Source: a virus
Taxonomy: Duplodnaviria > Caudoviricetes
Virus record (IMG/VR): IMGVR_UViG_3300001598_000004
Location: 12,598 to 76,597 of that record
Reading direction: 5' to 3' (one strand)
DNA length: 64,000 nucleotides
The notes below the pieces were generated by a model. That model had not been told where the DNA came from. It did not search any database and saw nothing but the letters and a program-made list of their open reading frames with translations. Below, piece by piece: positions 9,857-21,340 of this stretch; within the stretch, counting starts at the first letter, position 1, and each line of letters begins with the position of its first letter. Position numbers and translations under genes: made by a program.

Positions 9857-9961
9857 AATTATATTAAACTAATCATTTCTTCTTAAAAAATATTAAAAAT
9901 TTGTTTATTTTAATGTTTTTCTGATTAGTTTAATATAATTTTACCCCATCAAACATTTTGT
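9857..9961 (+). promoter_or_regulatory. Early-type promoter/leader module with a 19-bp perfect inverted repeat
   Basis: AATTATATTAAACTAATCA (9857-9875) / TGATTAGTTTAATATAATT (9922-9940), followed by TAATTTTACCCCATCAAACATTTTG. Confidence 0.65.
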
Positions 9962-9984
9962 CTAACTTTTAAACATTAAGTTTT

Positions 9985-10095
9985 ATGGAGATTATCATCT
10001 TATCAGTTCTAACAGTTTCAGTAGCTTTCATTTTCGGAAGCATAATCGGTCAGGCAATTTACAATTACTTGGCAAAACTATTAAGTGACAAATGA
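9985..10095 (+). CDS. Small hydrophobic (single TM) peptide, 36 aa
   Basis: MEIIILSVLTVSVAFIFGSIIGQAIYNYLAKLLSDK; first ORF after the promoter module. Confidence 0.5.
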   Translation: MEIIILSVLTVSVAFIFGSIIGQAIYNYLAKLLSDK

Positions 10096-10248
10096 GCAAA
10101 TCAGACACAGAGTTAATCAACAAAGCAGAAAACACCGACGACTTCTGCGCTCTTTGCGACTTGGAAATGCTTGCCGTTTCCAGTGTCGCAAAAAGTGTGA
10201 TCCATAGCCTCGCCGTTAGAGCCTACCACTTGGAAGAGTATTCCGTTT

Positions 10249-10671
10249 ATGGAGAAATGTAACCCAAATCATAAAGTAATGGCACAGGAACGAACCGTAG
10301 GATGCGGAAGGGGTAGATACCCTCGCACACAAGGCGATTATTCTTTGAAAAGTGAGTGGTTCAAGAACCTCTCTCCTGAGAAGCAAGCAAGACGCATCAA
10401 GGCGATTCAAGCCTTAGTCAACGCGAAAAGTCGAGGTTTCACGCAGATATGTATTGTTATTGACAAAGAAGGTAATGCAAGGAGATTTGAGAGCATCAAG
10501 GAAGCCGCAGAAGCCTGCGGTGTAACAATCTATACAGCTCGCAACAACATCTATCTGAACCGAAATAACCATAATGGTAGTAACGATCATACGACGTTGC
10601 GTGATAAGCTTCGTTTTTACAACTACGAAAACCCTGTTTGGAAAACCAAAGCTAAAAACACTATTCTATGA
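10249..10671 (+). CDS. NUMOD1-like DNA-binding domain protein
   Basis: RRFESIKEAAEACGV motif. Confidence 0.55.
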   Translation: MEKCNPNHKVMAQERTVGCGRGRYPRTQGDYSLKSEWFKNLSPEKQARRIKAIQALVNAKSRGFTQICIVIDKEGNARRFESIKEAAEACGVTIYTARNNIYLNRNNHNGSNDHTTLRDKLRFYNYENPVWKTKAKNTIL

Positions 10672-10982
10672 AAAGAGAATACGATTATTTTACAGCGGCA
10701 TTTTTCTTTCTGCGCGTTTCATTAGGTATATTCCGAAGGATTATATGGAACGCAACAGAAAAGGTTCTTACACGCCTTCTCTATGCCGTTTTTCGCACTC
10801 CTAATTGGCTCGTACATCATCCGTGGGCGATAGTGGCTATCTTGGTCGTCGTTATCGCGATCCAACAAGTGAAAATTATCAACTTGTCTGTAAATGCAAA
10901 TAGCACAAGTCACAGGATGTGGGAAATGCAAGTCCAGCTTGACTCAGCTTGCATGACTAACTATAAACTATCAAAATACTAA
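10668..10982 (+). CDS. Hypothetical membrane protein
   Basis: Hydrophobic segment WAIVAILVVVIAI; ATGA coupling to the upstream gene. Confidence 0.5.
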   Translation: MKREYDYFTAAFFFLRVSLGIFRRIIWNATEKVLTRLLYAVFRTPNWLVHHPWAIVAILVVVIAIQQVKIINLSVNANSTSHRMWEMQVQLDSACMTNYKLSKY

Positions 10983-10986
10983 AAGG

Positions 10987-11853
10987 ATGTATATTTTTTC
11001 GACTGATCCAAAGCTCAAAGGGCGAGACTTCATTACTCGCAAGATGTCACAGGAAGAAGCCAACGACCTCTTTCAAGATATGACCGCCCGCGTGAAATGT
11101 ATGATGGCTGTAGTCAATAGTGCCGCATACATAACGATGATGGACGCGATAGATAAAGTCAAGAAGAAACCTATCTACAAAGGCAAAATAAAACAGCTCT
11201 TCAATTCTGCTATAACATCATACAACAAACATGAACGCGATCTAAAATGGGGTAAATTTCAAGGTATAGAGTTCTTCGGACCGAGGAAGAGAACCGAAGA
11301 TGAATTGATGCGAGGCATAGAACAAGCTACAAGGGATGACCTGTATGATTGGTATCTTGACATAGGAGCTTGTGCTTACAAACGCACAAACAATGAGATA
11401 GAAGGTATGCGTAAGGCGATCCTCGAAGTCCTTGACAAGAATAATATCGACGACAAAGATGATTTGTCTTACATCCTTATCGCTGATACAATGCTCGAGT
11501 ACTCTTGTTCTATCTACGACCAGTTGATGAAAGAGTTTAAGGCGATGTCTCAGGTAGATTTATCCGAAGCCTTTCGCCCATTCCGATTAACAAACACTTA
11601 CCGATATTATGACGATGCAATCGGAATTATCACGAAAGCTGCAATCAAAGGACATGGCAGGATCAACCTCAATGAAGAGGAAAACATAATGGAGGCATTC
11701 AGAATCCTCGATACGAAGATGATTGAAGATGTAAACAATATGGACTCTGCCGACGAAGCAATATCTGAAAACCTAAAGATGTTGTCGCCAGAGGTGTATG
11801 CGCAATACAGGGATCTTCGTGACACTCCACAACAACCAGTAACTATTCAATAA
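10987..11853 (+). CDS. Hypothetical phage protein (288 aa)
   Basis: Long ORF within the operon; no motif recognised. Confidence 0.6.
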   Translation: MYIFSTDPKLKGRDFITRKMSQEEANDLFQDMTARVKCMMAVVNSAAYITMMDAIDKVKKKPIYKGKIKQLFNSAITSYNKHERDLKWGKFQGIEFFGPRKRTEDELMRGIEQATRDDLYDWYLDIGACAYKRTNNEIEGMRKAILEVLDKNNIDDKDDLSYILIADTMLEYSCSIYDQLMKEFKAMSQVDLSEAFRPFRLTNTYRYYDDAIGIITKAAIKGHGRINLNEEENIMEAFRILDTKMIEDVNNMDSADEAISENLKMLSPEVYAQYRDLRDTPQQPVTIQ

Positions 11854-12260
11854 ACCAACAACTATGACAGAAAGAGAATTATTCTATGCGGTTTTTCGCA
11901 ATTTCCAAGCGGACTATTGCGGTCTTGATATGAAAGGTACATTGGTGTACTATAAAGGCGAGTGTAAGTTTAACACCGATGGTTTTAACCTTCGCCATAA
12001 CTTGAAAATGCTTTGTAAGACCCTCGAAAATTAATTACGTTAGGTAAGTATGGGATCATATACAATACGGAGGACTCACAACCTTTATCAGGTGGTTGAG
12101 AATGGCATTAAGACCATATATCAAGACAATAATTTGGCAAGGATCAAGGAATTTATCCGTAGATCCAAGAATGAGTTGAAAACACTAAACCAAAAAGGGT
12201 GCGGAATGAGCCATCAGGCTCACGCGCTCAAATATTCACGAACAATTAACTCGTGAGGAT

Positions 12261-12575
12261 ATGACAACAACTCTAACATATGAGCAAAAACTTAAAGAGA
12301 TTAGGGCGCAACACGTTAAAGAGCATAAACATCTTTACTACATAAAGAATCGTGAACGATATATCGCGTATAGTCGAGAGTATAGCAAGACATACCAACG
12401 TAGTGAGGTTCAGATACGGAAATATCGTAATACCGAGAATGAGAAGTATCGCAATGACCCTATCTTTAGAGAGAAAGCCAAAGCCAGATCTCTTCGTAAC
12501 CATCGCAAGAAAAAGGTTCGTAAGATCCTGACAATACTCGAATCAATAATAACGAAGAAACTATGCCAACAATAG
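12261..12575 (+). CDS. Basic hypothetical protein
   Basis: Lys/Arg-rich 104 aa ORF. Confidence 0.5.
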   Translation: MTTTLTYEQKLKEIRAQHVKEHKHLYYIKNRERYIAYSREYSKTYQRSEVQIRKYRNTENEKYRNDPIFREKAKARSLRNHRKKKVRKILTILESIITKKLCQQ

Positions 12576-12991
12576 AAGAAAAAGGCAATGGAGGAATAAG
12601 GATGAAATACAGAATCAAATTAACAGAAGAGCAGTATGACCACATTGAGCAATGTGTAGAGGTCTGCCATCGTATTGCTTGCGGGCAAATTGAGGCAATC
12701 AATGAGATATTGCCGAACATCATAAACTACAATGATCTTCTTGACCTCAAGAAAATTGCATTTCCTGAGTTATCGAGATATGAATCTTATGGATGGAATG
12801 GTGGCTATCGTGGTACAGGGCATGATGAAGATTTTTGTAAAGCATTCGATAAATTTCAGGCACAAGGCTATCAGATATGGCATCATATGTTATATATCCG
12901 TAATGTTGCCAAGAATATAGACAATGTTTACTCGTTTCCTACTCTTCCCACTAATAAAGCAGAACAGCCAATTATAGAAGTGATAAAATAA
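12563..12991 (+). CDS. Hypothetical phage protein
   Basis: ORF in operon; the true start may be ATG 12602. Confidence 0.55.
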   Translation: MPTIEEKGNGGIRMKYRIKLTEEQYDHIEQCVEVCHRIACGQIEAINEILPNIINYNDLLDLKKIAFPELSRYESYGWNGGYRGTGHDEDFCKAFDKFQAQGYQIWHHMLYIRNVAKNIDNVYSFPTLPTNKAEQPIIEVIK

Positions 12992-13115
12992 TAGAGGAAT
13001 AAATATGGAAGCAAAAGAATTGATGATTAACGACATCGTGGGTTCTCGTTTTCAAGCACGCCTTGAGGTTATGTGAATTGAATAACATAGCTGACAATTT
13101 TAAAGTGTAGTATGC

Positions 13116-13292
13116 ATGTCATTATACAAAGCTATTGAGCACCAAAAGGAACATAGACAGCAGTACCGAGGTGCTAAATTATATAGTTGTAAATGTCGCA
13201 ATCACGGCTCTTGCTCTTGGTGCGAAAGGAGTAGAACGTTCAATAATATCAAACGGCTTGAAAAGTCAAAATCAATGGAGGAACAAATATGA
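13116..13292 (+). CDS. Small Cys/His-containing phage protein (58 aa)
   Basis: MSLYKAIEHQKEHRQQYRG...CRNHGSCSWC; ATGA overlap with the next gene; not in the ORF track. Confidence 0.55.
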   Translation: MSLYKAIEHQKEHRQQYRGAKLYSCKCRNHGSCSWCERSRTFNNIKRLEKSKSMEEQI

Positions 13293-13882
13293 AGAAGATA
13301 ATGTTTAACGATAAGTACGGACTGACAGATGCTGTACTTGAAGGTCGTAAGACGCAGACAAGACGTATTGCCTATGATGGAATAGTGAAAGATCCAAATA
13401 TCGGCTATGGCTTGGAGGGAAGCGAAAAAGACAAATGTGTTCTTTGTAGCGGTTGTATGATAGTCGCAAAATCAACATATCATGTCGGCGAAGAGATAGC
13501 TATTGCTCAGAGATATTCGGAATGTTTTCGCGCGGTATGCCTTGAGAACAGCAAAGGTTGGAATAACAAGATGTTCGTAATGGCAGAGTTAATGCCGCAT
13601 CGCATAAAGATAACCAATATCCGTGTTGAGCGTCTGCAAGACATCAGCGAGGAGGATTGCTTGAAGGAGGGTGTGTATTATCATACGGAGCCACCGAGAC
13701 ATCACGAATATGACAGGTATTCTCCATGGAGCCCAAGTGTAAAGCCTTACAAGTTTGAAAGCGAGAAGTATTTTTGTTCTGCTAAATATGCGTTTAAGCA
13801 CCTTATTGAAAAGGTGAGTGGCAAAGGAACCTGGGATTCAAATCCTTATGTGTTTGTGTATGACTTTGAATTAATAAAATAA
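13289..13882 (+). CDS. ASCH/PUA-like domain protein
   Basis: IMFND...AVLEGRKTQTRR N-terminus; RVERLQDISEED; WDSNPYVFVYDF. Confidence 0.7.
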   Translation: MKKIMFNDKYGLTDAVLEGRKTQTRRIAYDGIVKDPNIGYGLEGSEKDKCVLCSGCMIVAKSTYHVGEEIAIAQRYSECFRAVCLENSKGWNNKMFVMAELMPHRIKITNIRVERLQDISEEDCLKEGVYYHTEPPRHHEYDRYSPWSPSVKPYKFESEKYFCSAKYAFKHLIEKVSGKGTWDSNPYVFVYDFELIK

Positions 13883-13887
13883 TAATT

Positions 13888-16348
13888 ATGGATAAATACA
13901 CAATTTATTGCACCTCAGAGCAGACCAAAAAGGCTCTTGCACTTGGTGCGCCGATAGACCATAGTGGTGTTCCTTTCGAAGACTTAGAATCACTCGGATA
14001 TAGTGAATATTATAAAACAAAAATTTATGGGATTATTCCTACCGCAGAGCAGATGATTGGATGGTTACGTAGTAAAGGGTTTAGATTTAAAATAGACGAA
14101 TTATCCGACATCACCCCAGCATATAGAGTAACATTTGGTTATTGGTATAGAAACGGACAAAGTAGTAATCCTAAAGAAGCTACTCTCGCTGCCATTGATG
14201 CGGCGTTGGAGTATTTAATCAATAATAAGAAATGAAAAGGAAGGATGTGCTTATAGAATTATTTACTGATGCAGTAATTGTTATAATTGTATCAATAGTA
14301 ACAAGTGTATTAATGCAATGTGTTAATAACTAATACAGAAAATATGGAAAATTTTGATAATGTAAAAGTAGGCGACGAGGTAGCTGTCTGTATAAGATCA
14401 GGAAAGCATATCAAAAAGGTCGATAAAGTCACTCCTAAACGCTTTAAGATCGGATCGGCATACTTCAACAAGAAAGATGGGTGTATCTTCGGATCCTCAT
14501 ATCATATCAGCCATTGTGAGATCCTTACAGATGAGCTTCGTGAAGAGATCGCCCACAGTGAACGTATCGGGAAGATGCGAACCAAGCTCTGTAATGTGAA
14601 TATGTATTCGTTCAATTCCGAACAGGTAGAGAAATTGTATGCTTTCATGGTAGAAAACTCACTAATCATAGATAATTAATTATGACAAAAGAATTAGCAA
14701 AAGCAATCGTCAAAGAAATAGCAAAGCAAGAAATGGAAGATTGCTTCAAATGTGCACTCACGGAATTTTGTGACCGTATCGAAGGCGTAATATGTATTGA
14801 TGCCGTTCATTCATTAAAAGCAATGGAGAAATGAGTATGACAGATAAAGAAATTATAGAAGTTGTTCAAGCTCATAGCGAGGGTGAGCAAATACAATTCC
14901 GTGATTTCAATATTCCTACTTGGACTGATTGCATCGATAATGAACCTGTGTGGAATTTTGGTGCGACAGAATACAGAGTGAAACCAGAATCAAAGATTCA
15001 TCCTTATAAAGACCGTGACGAGTGTTGGAACGATATGCAGAACCATCAACCTTTCGGATGGATTAAACATAAACATCATGGTAATTATTTTTGTCTTGTA
15101 GCAATGGAAAGTTGTACTCATTTTGAGGATCTTTTTAAAAAATACATTTATGTTGATGGTTCGCCATTCGGAATAGTAGAGGAGGAATAAAACAATGAAA
15201 AAGACAGAAAGAATAGAGAAGTTCGTTCGTAACAACGACTTAGAGTACGTAACACTTGCTGACGGCACAGAGGCTATCATCGGTAAGATGGACTTCATGG
15301 AAATGTATCATTTCGCACACCTCAACCACTTGCGTGTGCAAGTTGTTATACAACGCGATGGTGGGGAATGGACGTTGAGCGAATATATACCTACCGAAGG
15401 AGTGGATATCAAGTACATTCTCTACAATGAAAATTTAGGGCATAACTATTGCAATCTTTATTATAAGAACTATGTTGACGAATTGCTTCAAACACCACTT
15501 ACTGAACGCCTTATACAAAATGGTGCAAAGCCGTCGGAATTTATAGCGATGATGGAAGAAGTTAAGGCGGTGAAGGAATTGCTCGAAAGTGGCAAAGCTG
15601 GTTATGATAAGCCATTGCAAATCGTCATCAATAGAGAAACCCTTTCGGTAGAAGTTATATCCCAAAGCCCTACGTATGTATCCTTTCACGGCATAACATA
15701 CGCCGTCGCAATGATGGAGGTTACAAAGCAGATGACTCTCGACATCAAGGATCGCGCTTTAAATCACGGCGCAGTTACTTGTATCGCAGGACAGATGCCA
15801 GAGGAGTTATTTGAAATTCTCACGGAAGAAGAGAAAGATAAGCACGATCTAAGTATATGCCCAAAAGAGTCAGAGTATGATCACTACCTATTTGGTCCTT
15901 TTATCGTTCTCGATACGGATAACTTTTTAGGATACGCTTACCGAACTTCGTTTGATGGCAAGATATGGTATTGGTCGGGAGGGGAGCATACTAATATCAC
16001 CCTTGCCAAGTCAGATGATTTGTTCCCATATCATAGCATAATATCAGAAGATACTCGCGAGGAACGCTCCCATGATTTGGATGTTGCAGCTTGGCAGATA
16101 CCAGACATCGTAGAGACGGACAGGTACGGAGAGTTGATAAAGATGCCGAAATGAGCAGAGAAGAATTTAACAGTATCGGATGGACTAAAGAGTGTGTCGT
16201 CCGAGATAAGTTCGGGCACGAAGGACATATCTTGACAGTATTCTTTGAGTATGGAGTCATACATTATGATGATGACGTAAAGAAATGCTCATTCGGTCGT
16301 CATTATAGAGAACTTACCTTCGTTGGCAAGATACCAAAGCAATTATAA
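13888..16348 (+). CDS. Run of hypothetical early genes (13888-14235, 14320-14679, 14831-15190, 15195-16154, 16151-16348)
   Basis: Tightly packed co-oriented ORFs with phage-like composition; no function recognised. Confidence 0.5.
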
Positions 16349-16739
16349 TATGAGAAAAAATAAGCAATACACTCCAAGAACTTATTACACCCCTGACGAA
16401 ATCCTGAAAATTCGGGAGTTAAGGGGGAAGGGCGCAACAATCAAGGAAGTCGCGGAAATTATAGGCAGAAATATAGGATCTGTATGTAGTGCCTGTGAAC
16501 GATACCATATCCCTTTCACAAGAAAACGCAAGAGTGACGTAAAATGGGATGAAAAGACCTTAGACCGCCTTTGCTTGCATTACCTTCGAGGAGATTCACG
16601 AAAGATGTTATCGGAAGAGTTCAACGTTTCAATTAACTCCATATCCGTACTTCTAACGAGGGAACGGAAAGCTGGCAGATTCCTCCCTTACGTCAATCAA
16701 GGCAGACCAAGAAAGAATTACGTTTTACCTTTTGAATAA
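16323..16739 (+). CDS. Tandem HTH DNA-binding protein (likely start ATG 16350)
   Basis: Two HTH-like units ([36 protein letters not shown]). Confidence 0.6.
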   Translation: MARYQSNYNMRKNKQYTPRTYYTPDEILKIRELRGKGATIKEVAEIIGRNIGSVCSACERYHIPFTRKRKSDVKWDEKTLDRLCLHYLRGDSRKMLSEEFNVSINSISVLLTRERKAGRFLPYVNQGRPRKNYVLPFE

Positions 16740-16747
16740 ATCAATGT

Positions 16748-17179
16748 ATGGAAATTAAAGTTATCAACAAAGGTAGCCAAGAACTACCAAAGTATCAAAC
16801 ACCACAGAGTGCAGGCATGGATCTCCGTGCCAACATCAATGAGCCAATCGTGCTCGCCCCACTTGACCGTAAATTAATTCCGACAGGACTCTACATCGCT
16901 CTACCAGTAGGTTATGAGGCACAGATCCGTCCTCGTAGCGGTCTTGCATTGAAGCACGGCGTTACAGTTTTGAACGCCCCTGGTACTATCGATGCAGACT
17001 ATCGTGGCGAGGTAGGTGTCGTGCTGATAAACCTATCGGAAGAGCCTTTCACAATCAACGCAGGCGAGAGAATCGCACAAATGGTTATCGCTAAGTATGA
17101 GCAAGCAACCTTCGTAGAGGTTGAGTCTTTAGATGAAACAGAACGCAACGGCGGCTTCGGCAGCACAGGTAGAAAATAA
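16748..17179 (+). CDS. dut: dUTPase (trimeric)
   Basis: [35 protein letters not shown] motifs. Confidence 0.97.
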   Translation: MEIKVINKGSQELPKYQTPQSAGMDLRANINEPIVLAPLDRKLIPTGLYIALPVGYEAQIRPRSGLALKHGVTVLNAPGTIDADYRGEVGVVLINLSEEPFTINAGERIAQMVIAKYEQATFVEVESLDETERNGGFGSTGRK

Positions 17180-17203
17180 TAACAATCTTAAATTACAAAC
17201 AAA

Positions 17204-17512
17204 ATGAACAATCTATTCGGTTCGCTTGACCTTACAAACACAGGCAAGCTCGTTAGAGAGGAAGGACTCTCTACTACATTCGTTAGACAGGATGGATCTA
17301 AGATCCTTAACCTCGGTATCAACATCGTCTTTAATCGTGACGCACAAGGCAATATCTGCGCCAACGAAAAAGGCATCATCGGCAACATCTTTGCATCTTG
17401 CACAAAGGATAAGCAGAAGGAAGGCGTTTCATACTTCATCGCTTCACTCCGCGAAAGCACATCAGGCGAAAGAGCTGCAACCAAAGAAGAGGTAGAGAAC
17501 CTCCCATTTTAA
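17204..17512 (+). CDS. Hypothetical protein, possibly SSB-like
   Basis: Beta-rich 102 aa ending in an acidic ...ENLPF tail typical of SSBs. Confidence 0.4.
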   Translation: MNNLFGSLDLTNTGKLVREEGLSTTFVRQDGSKILNLGINIVFNRDAQGNICANEKGIIGNIFASCTKDKQKEGVSYFIASLRESTSGERAATKEEVENLPF

Positions 17513-17530
17513 TATCTCCTACTAAACGAA

Positions 17531-17557
17531 GAGGGCGCACCATTACGATGCGCCCTC
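17531..17557. terminator. Hairpin between convergent genes
   Basis: GAGGGCGCA / TGCGCCCTC stem. Confidence 0.7.
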
Positions 17558-17573
17558 AATTAATATATGTATG

Positions 17574-18506
17574 TTAGCGTATGAGAGAAGCGAATTTCTC
17601 TGCCGCCTTATGTAATGCTTTAAGTTTCTCGCAAGCAACGGATACTATGGTGTTGAGATCCTTCGCTTCACAACCATAACCACCGCTATACGTTGCGCTG
17701 AAATATCGGTACTTGACACCTTCATCCGTGCTCCATTGTAACCTCTCGCCGTATATGCTTTCAATCTCATTAGCATACTCATGGATCGAATTGAACACCT
17801 CGTCGGTATCCTTTTGGTCGGGGTAATGGATCACCGCCTTGATAGTGAATGCGTCTTTCTTCGCACTAATGCTAAGATAGTATCGACTACCGTAACCAAT
17901 ACCTGCATCAAGCCAGTAGTCGGTAAGGTATTTCCTCTCTTTTGCGAATGGAGCGAAGTGTTCAGATTGACACTTAGCAATGAATGCCTCCCAGAATAGC
18001 TTGAGCGAATTGTTTATAGGTGATAATTCGGCTATTTCGACGGCTCTCTCAGGTTTTACTATTGTATTGAATAGAATTGCTGGCAAGGAGTCATCTATGG
18101 CGATAGCCGACGCTTTTACAAGGAAGAATACACATCCGTTAAAGAAGTTCTTGTTGAGCGTTTCGAGTGCCGAAATATGTTCTTCCCTTGCTTCTTCGAC
18201 AATCCATATCGCAACTTTCGCACCAACTGTTGACGCATAGGTCACTACTTTGCCCAAATGGTCGTGGTCGCTTGATCCATACTGATTTTCTATCACTACC
18301 TTGCAATCTTCTGAGTCACCTATCTGCGCTACAATGTCAACGAAACAGGTAGTCAGCAAATGTTCTCTCTCAGGATTAGTTATCTCTATCCCTACTGCGG
18401 CACTAAGAAGATCCAAGTGATGTGTCAGCCACGGCGTAAAGTCGTGAGCTTCATGCTTAAACACCTCGTTAAGGCGTAGATTTTTCAAAGTTCCTGTTTT
18501 CTCCAT
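17574..18506 (-). CDS. DUF4268 family protein with N-terminal NucS-like PD-(D/E)XK domain (moron)
   Basis: EAHDFTPWL...VDIVA...VVIENQYGSSDHDHLGKVVTYAS. Opposite strand to neighbours, with its own TAACTTTG box just upstream of ATG 18506. Confidence 0.75.
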   Translation of the reverse strand: MEKTGTLKNLRLNEVFKHEAHDFTPWLTHHLDLLSAAVGIEITNPEREHLLTTCFVDIVAQIGDSEDCKVVIENQYGSSDHDHLGKVVTYASTVGAKVAIWIVEEAREEHISALETLNKNFFNGCVFFLVKASAIAIDDSLPAILFNTIVKPERAVEIAELSPINNSLKLFWEAFIAKCQSEHFAPFAKERKYLTDYWLDAGIGYGSRYYLSISAKKDAFTIKAVIHYPDQKDTDEVFNSIHEYANEIESIYGERLQWSTDEGVKYRYFSATYSGGYGCEAKDLNTIVSVACEKLKALHKAAEKFASLIR

Positions 18507-18640
18507 GAGTGCAAAGTTAAGACAATGTACCAAAAGACCTAAATTTGCACTATTATTATTGTATATTATTAACTGACAGATGGCAGATTTTAAGAGATAT
18601 TGAGAAATAATAAAACTAACCTTTTTATACGCTTTTATAT

Positions 18641-18780
18641 CTTAATTTCTCTTAAAAACATTAGTTTTCTACTAAAATTATATTAAATAATGATTAGTTT
18701 TCAATGTTATATGATTAATTCTATATAATTTTAGACCATCAAACATTTATCAACATTTTTAATCATAGGAGATTTACACA
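18641..18780 (+). promoter_or_regulatory. Early promoter/leader module
   Basis: CTTAATTTCTCTTAAAAACATTA (identical at 21734); TGATTAATT-N5-TAATTTTAGACCATCAAACATTT; TAGGAGATTTACA before ATG 18781. Confidence 0.7.
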
Positions 18781-18978
18781 ATGGCACAGAAGTTTTCTCT
18801 TGTCGGCATCGACGGCAACGCCTTTTCGATCATGGCTTACGTTTCATCTTGCATGAGGGAAGTAGGTTACACTCGCTCGGACGTAATCGAATATCGATCA
18901 TTGGCAACATCATCAAACTACCACAACCTTAACGTTGTAAGCGCAAGCTACATCGACAAGTGTAACAACAGACTTTAA
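18781..18978 (+). CDS. Small conserved phage protein (GNAF motif)
   Basis: LVGIDGNAFSIMAYV. Confidence 0.6.
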   Translation: MAQKFSLVGIDGNAFSIMAYVSSCMREVGYTRSDVIEYRSLATSSNYHNLNVVSASYIDKCNNRL

Positions 18979-19010
18979 TCATTAACATCTAAAAATAGGA
19001 GATTTACATT

Positions 19011-19922
19011 ATGACAACAACAGCAGTTTCTTCAATCATCGACGGTTCTCAGTTCTTTAGCTTTGAGAAGGTTCGCGTACAAGACATCACTTTCGATCAG
19101 CTCTGCCACACGGTCAAGGAGAATGACGTTAACACCCAACAGGCACTCAAGGGTATCTATCACTACGCCTTCATTCAGGAGGTCTTGGATATGTGCAAGG
19201 AGTTCGGTTACACCCCTGAGATTTACGATCTCTTCGCTGCTCAGAATAAGAACGGCAACACCCCTGGTGTTTCCCTCATCCCATTCATCGAGGAACAGAA
19301 GGGCGAGCGTCACGTTGAAGCACACCTTCTTCGTCGCGTATTCGCCAATGTGCGCCTTGTCGATTTCGACGATGAGGAAAATACCACGAACCTCTCTATC
19401 GCTTACTATCAGCGCGGTATTCAGGTCGGCTTCGGCAACATGGTCAAGATATGCCACAACCAGTGTATGCTCGGTGCGGATAGATACGCCAGCACCTATG
19501 GCGAAGGTGGAGACATGGGTCGCCGCGACTACAAGGAGATCCTTAGTGTCATCCGCAGCTGGCTCACCGACGCACGTCACATCGTTGAAACGGATCGCGA
19601 GCGCATTGAGAAGATGAAGGCTATCGACGTACCCGCAGAGCAGTGCTTCACCCTAATCGGTATGCTCACCGCAGCTCGAGTCGCTCACGATACTACTTTC
19701 AAGGAGATCCGCAAGCCTGACATCTACCCACTCAATCAGGCTCAGATTACCGACTTCACGGAAGATTTGATGCTCCGCTATCATCGCAACGACAGGGTAT
19801 CGGCTTGGGATCTTTACGATGCCGCTACCGAACTCTACAAGGCGAAGGCGATGGACATCCCTTCTATCCTTCCTCAGAATAGGGCAATGGTTGCATTCTT
19901 GGAGGAACAATTCGCATTCTAA
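19011..19922 (+). CDS. DUF932/DUF3871-like protein
   Basis: GIQVGFGNMVKICHNQC motif and C-terminal AWDLYDAATE helix; family assignment by recollection. Confidence 0.5.
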   Translation: MTTTAVSSIIDGSQFFSFEKVRVQDITFDQLCHTVKENDVNTQQALKGIYHYAFIQEVLDMCKEFGYTPEIYDLFAAQNKNGNTPGVSLIPFIEEQKGERHVEAHLLRRVFANVRLVDFDDEENTTNLSIAYYQRGIQVGFGNMVKICHNQCMLGADRYASTYGEGGDMGRRDYKEILSVIRSWLTDARHIVETDRERIEKMKAIDVPAEQCFTLIGMLTAARVAHDTTFKEIRKPDIYPLNQAQITDFTEDLMLRYHRNDRVSAWDLYDAATELYKAKAMDIPSILPQNRAMVAFLEEQFAF

Positions 19923-20215
19923 TTCATTCAGTATTCACTCACAGGGAGGGGTCTTACGGCTTCTCCCTCTTAATTCTTTTCATCCATTATGAGCAAACTT
20001 ATATGTTTCCAGACAGACACTTATGTTAGGGTTTCGGAAATTGCAATGGTGCAAATCATACACCCTACCGAAAAACGTGATGCCCTTCTTCTCACCTTGA
20101 AGGGAAACTCAATGTCACAGCAATTCAACTTCAACGGCACAACAGCAGAAAACAACGCTGCTGTAAAGAAGTCTTACGACTACATAATCTCAGCTATCGA
20201 AAAGGAGGACGAACA

Positions 20216-20395
20216 ATGAAAGCAAAGGTAGGCGACAAAATCCGCATCAATCATCTATGCGGAGAAAACGACAGATATGACGGCAAAGTCGGCATTATCA
20301 CTCACATCGACGGAATAGGACAGCTACACGGCACTTGGGGCGGTCTCGCAGTTATTCCAGAAGAAGATTCATTCACAATTCTATCTAACACTTAA
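20216..20395 (+). CDS. DUF4314 protein
   Basis: GDKIRI...GIITHIDGIGQLHGTWGGLAVIPEED; not in the ORF track. Confidence 0.75.
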   Translation: MKAKVGDKIRINHLCGENDRYDGKVGIITHIDGIGQLHGTWGGLAVIPEEDSFTILSNT

Positions 20396-20737
20396 CAGTT
20401 AACACTATACGACTATGGTAAAAGTATTTTTCACACTAACAGACGAGACTCTTGAGCAACTCGCCAGTCTCGAGACATTTATAAAGAACGCAGAAGGCGG
20501 TAACCCTATTAAAGCAATGGCGGTACTCTCAGGGGTAAATATTCTCCAAGCCAACCACAAGGGCGGTCACGATGCGCTCTGCCTCGACATTCTCAGTAAA
20601 GAAGGAGATAAGCATGCTCAGGATTTATGGAACGATTCATTAGATATTCTCATTCTTCTTGCCGCAAAAGCATCAATTATGGAACACGAAGCTAAAGAAG
20701 CCGCTTCTCAAACAACAAACTAAACATCTGTACAATT

Positions 20738-21340
20738 ATGCCAAACCACGTAAGAAACATTGTCAGAACGGCTAAATTCGCCGATTTTGAAAAGATTAAA
20801 GAACTTATCGTTAACGATAAAGGCGAAGTAACCTTCAAAAAGGTTATTCCTATGCCAGCTACGCTACACATTAAGTCAAGCACCGATGTTACAAAAGGAT
20901 TAAAGATCCTCGACTTGATGAGATTAGGCGCAATGAAAGAAAATGCTATCTCACAAGTATTCGGCGACGACTACGACACGAAGAGAGTCGAGAAATGTAT
21001 CCGTCTTGGTCACATCGCAAGATACAACATTGCGAAATACGGCTACGAAACTTGGTACGATTGGTGTCGTGCTAATTGGGGTACGAAATGGAATGCTTAT
21101 GAGAGCAAAATCTTGGATGATAGCCTTTCATTTTGGACAGCTTGGAATACGCCAATACCTTTCTTTACTGCCCTCTCAAAGGCTCTGCCTGACATTACAA
21201 TACGGGTTGATTATGCCGACGAAGATACAGGTTACAACTGCGGCACTCTAAAACTCGTCAACGGCGAATGCCATGAAGATTGTTTTGAAGGTGGATCTGA
21301 CGAAGCTGTAGAGTTCGCCGATAACGTTTGGAGTATGTAA
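20738..21340 (+). CDS. DUF1281/YubB ferredoxin-like domain protein
   Basis: MPNHVRN, WYDWCRANWGTKWNA, FWTAWNTP motifs. Confidence 0.75.
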   Translation: MPNHVRNIVRTAKFADFEKIKELIVNDKGEVTFKKVIPMPATLHIKSSTDVTKGLKILDLMRLGAMKENAISQVFGDDYDTKRVEKCIRLGHIARYNIAKYGYETWYDWCRANWGTKWNAYESKILDDSLSFWTAWNTPIPFFTALSKALPDITIRVDYADEDTGYNCGTLKLVNGECHEDCFEGGSDEAVEFADNVWSM

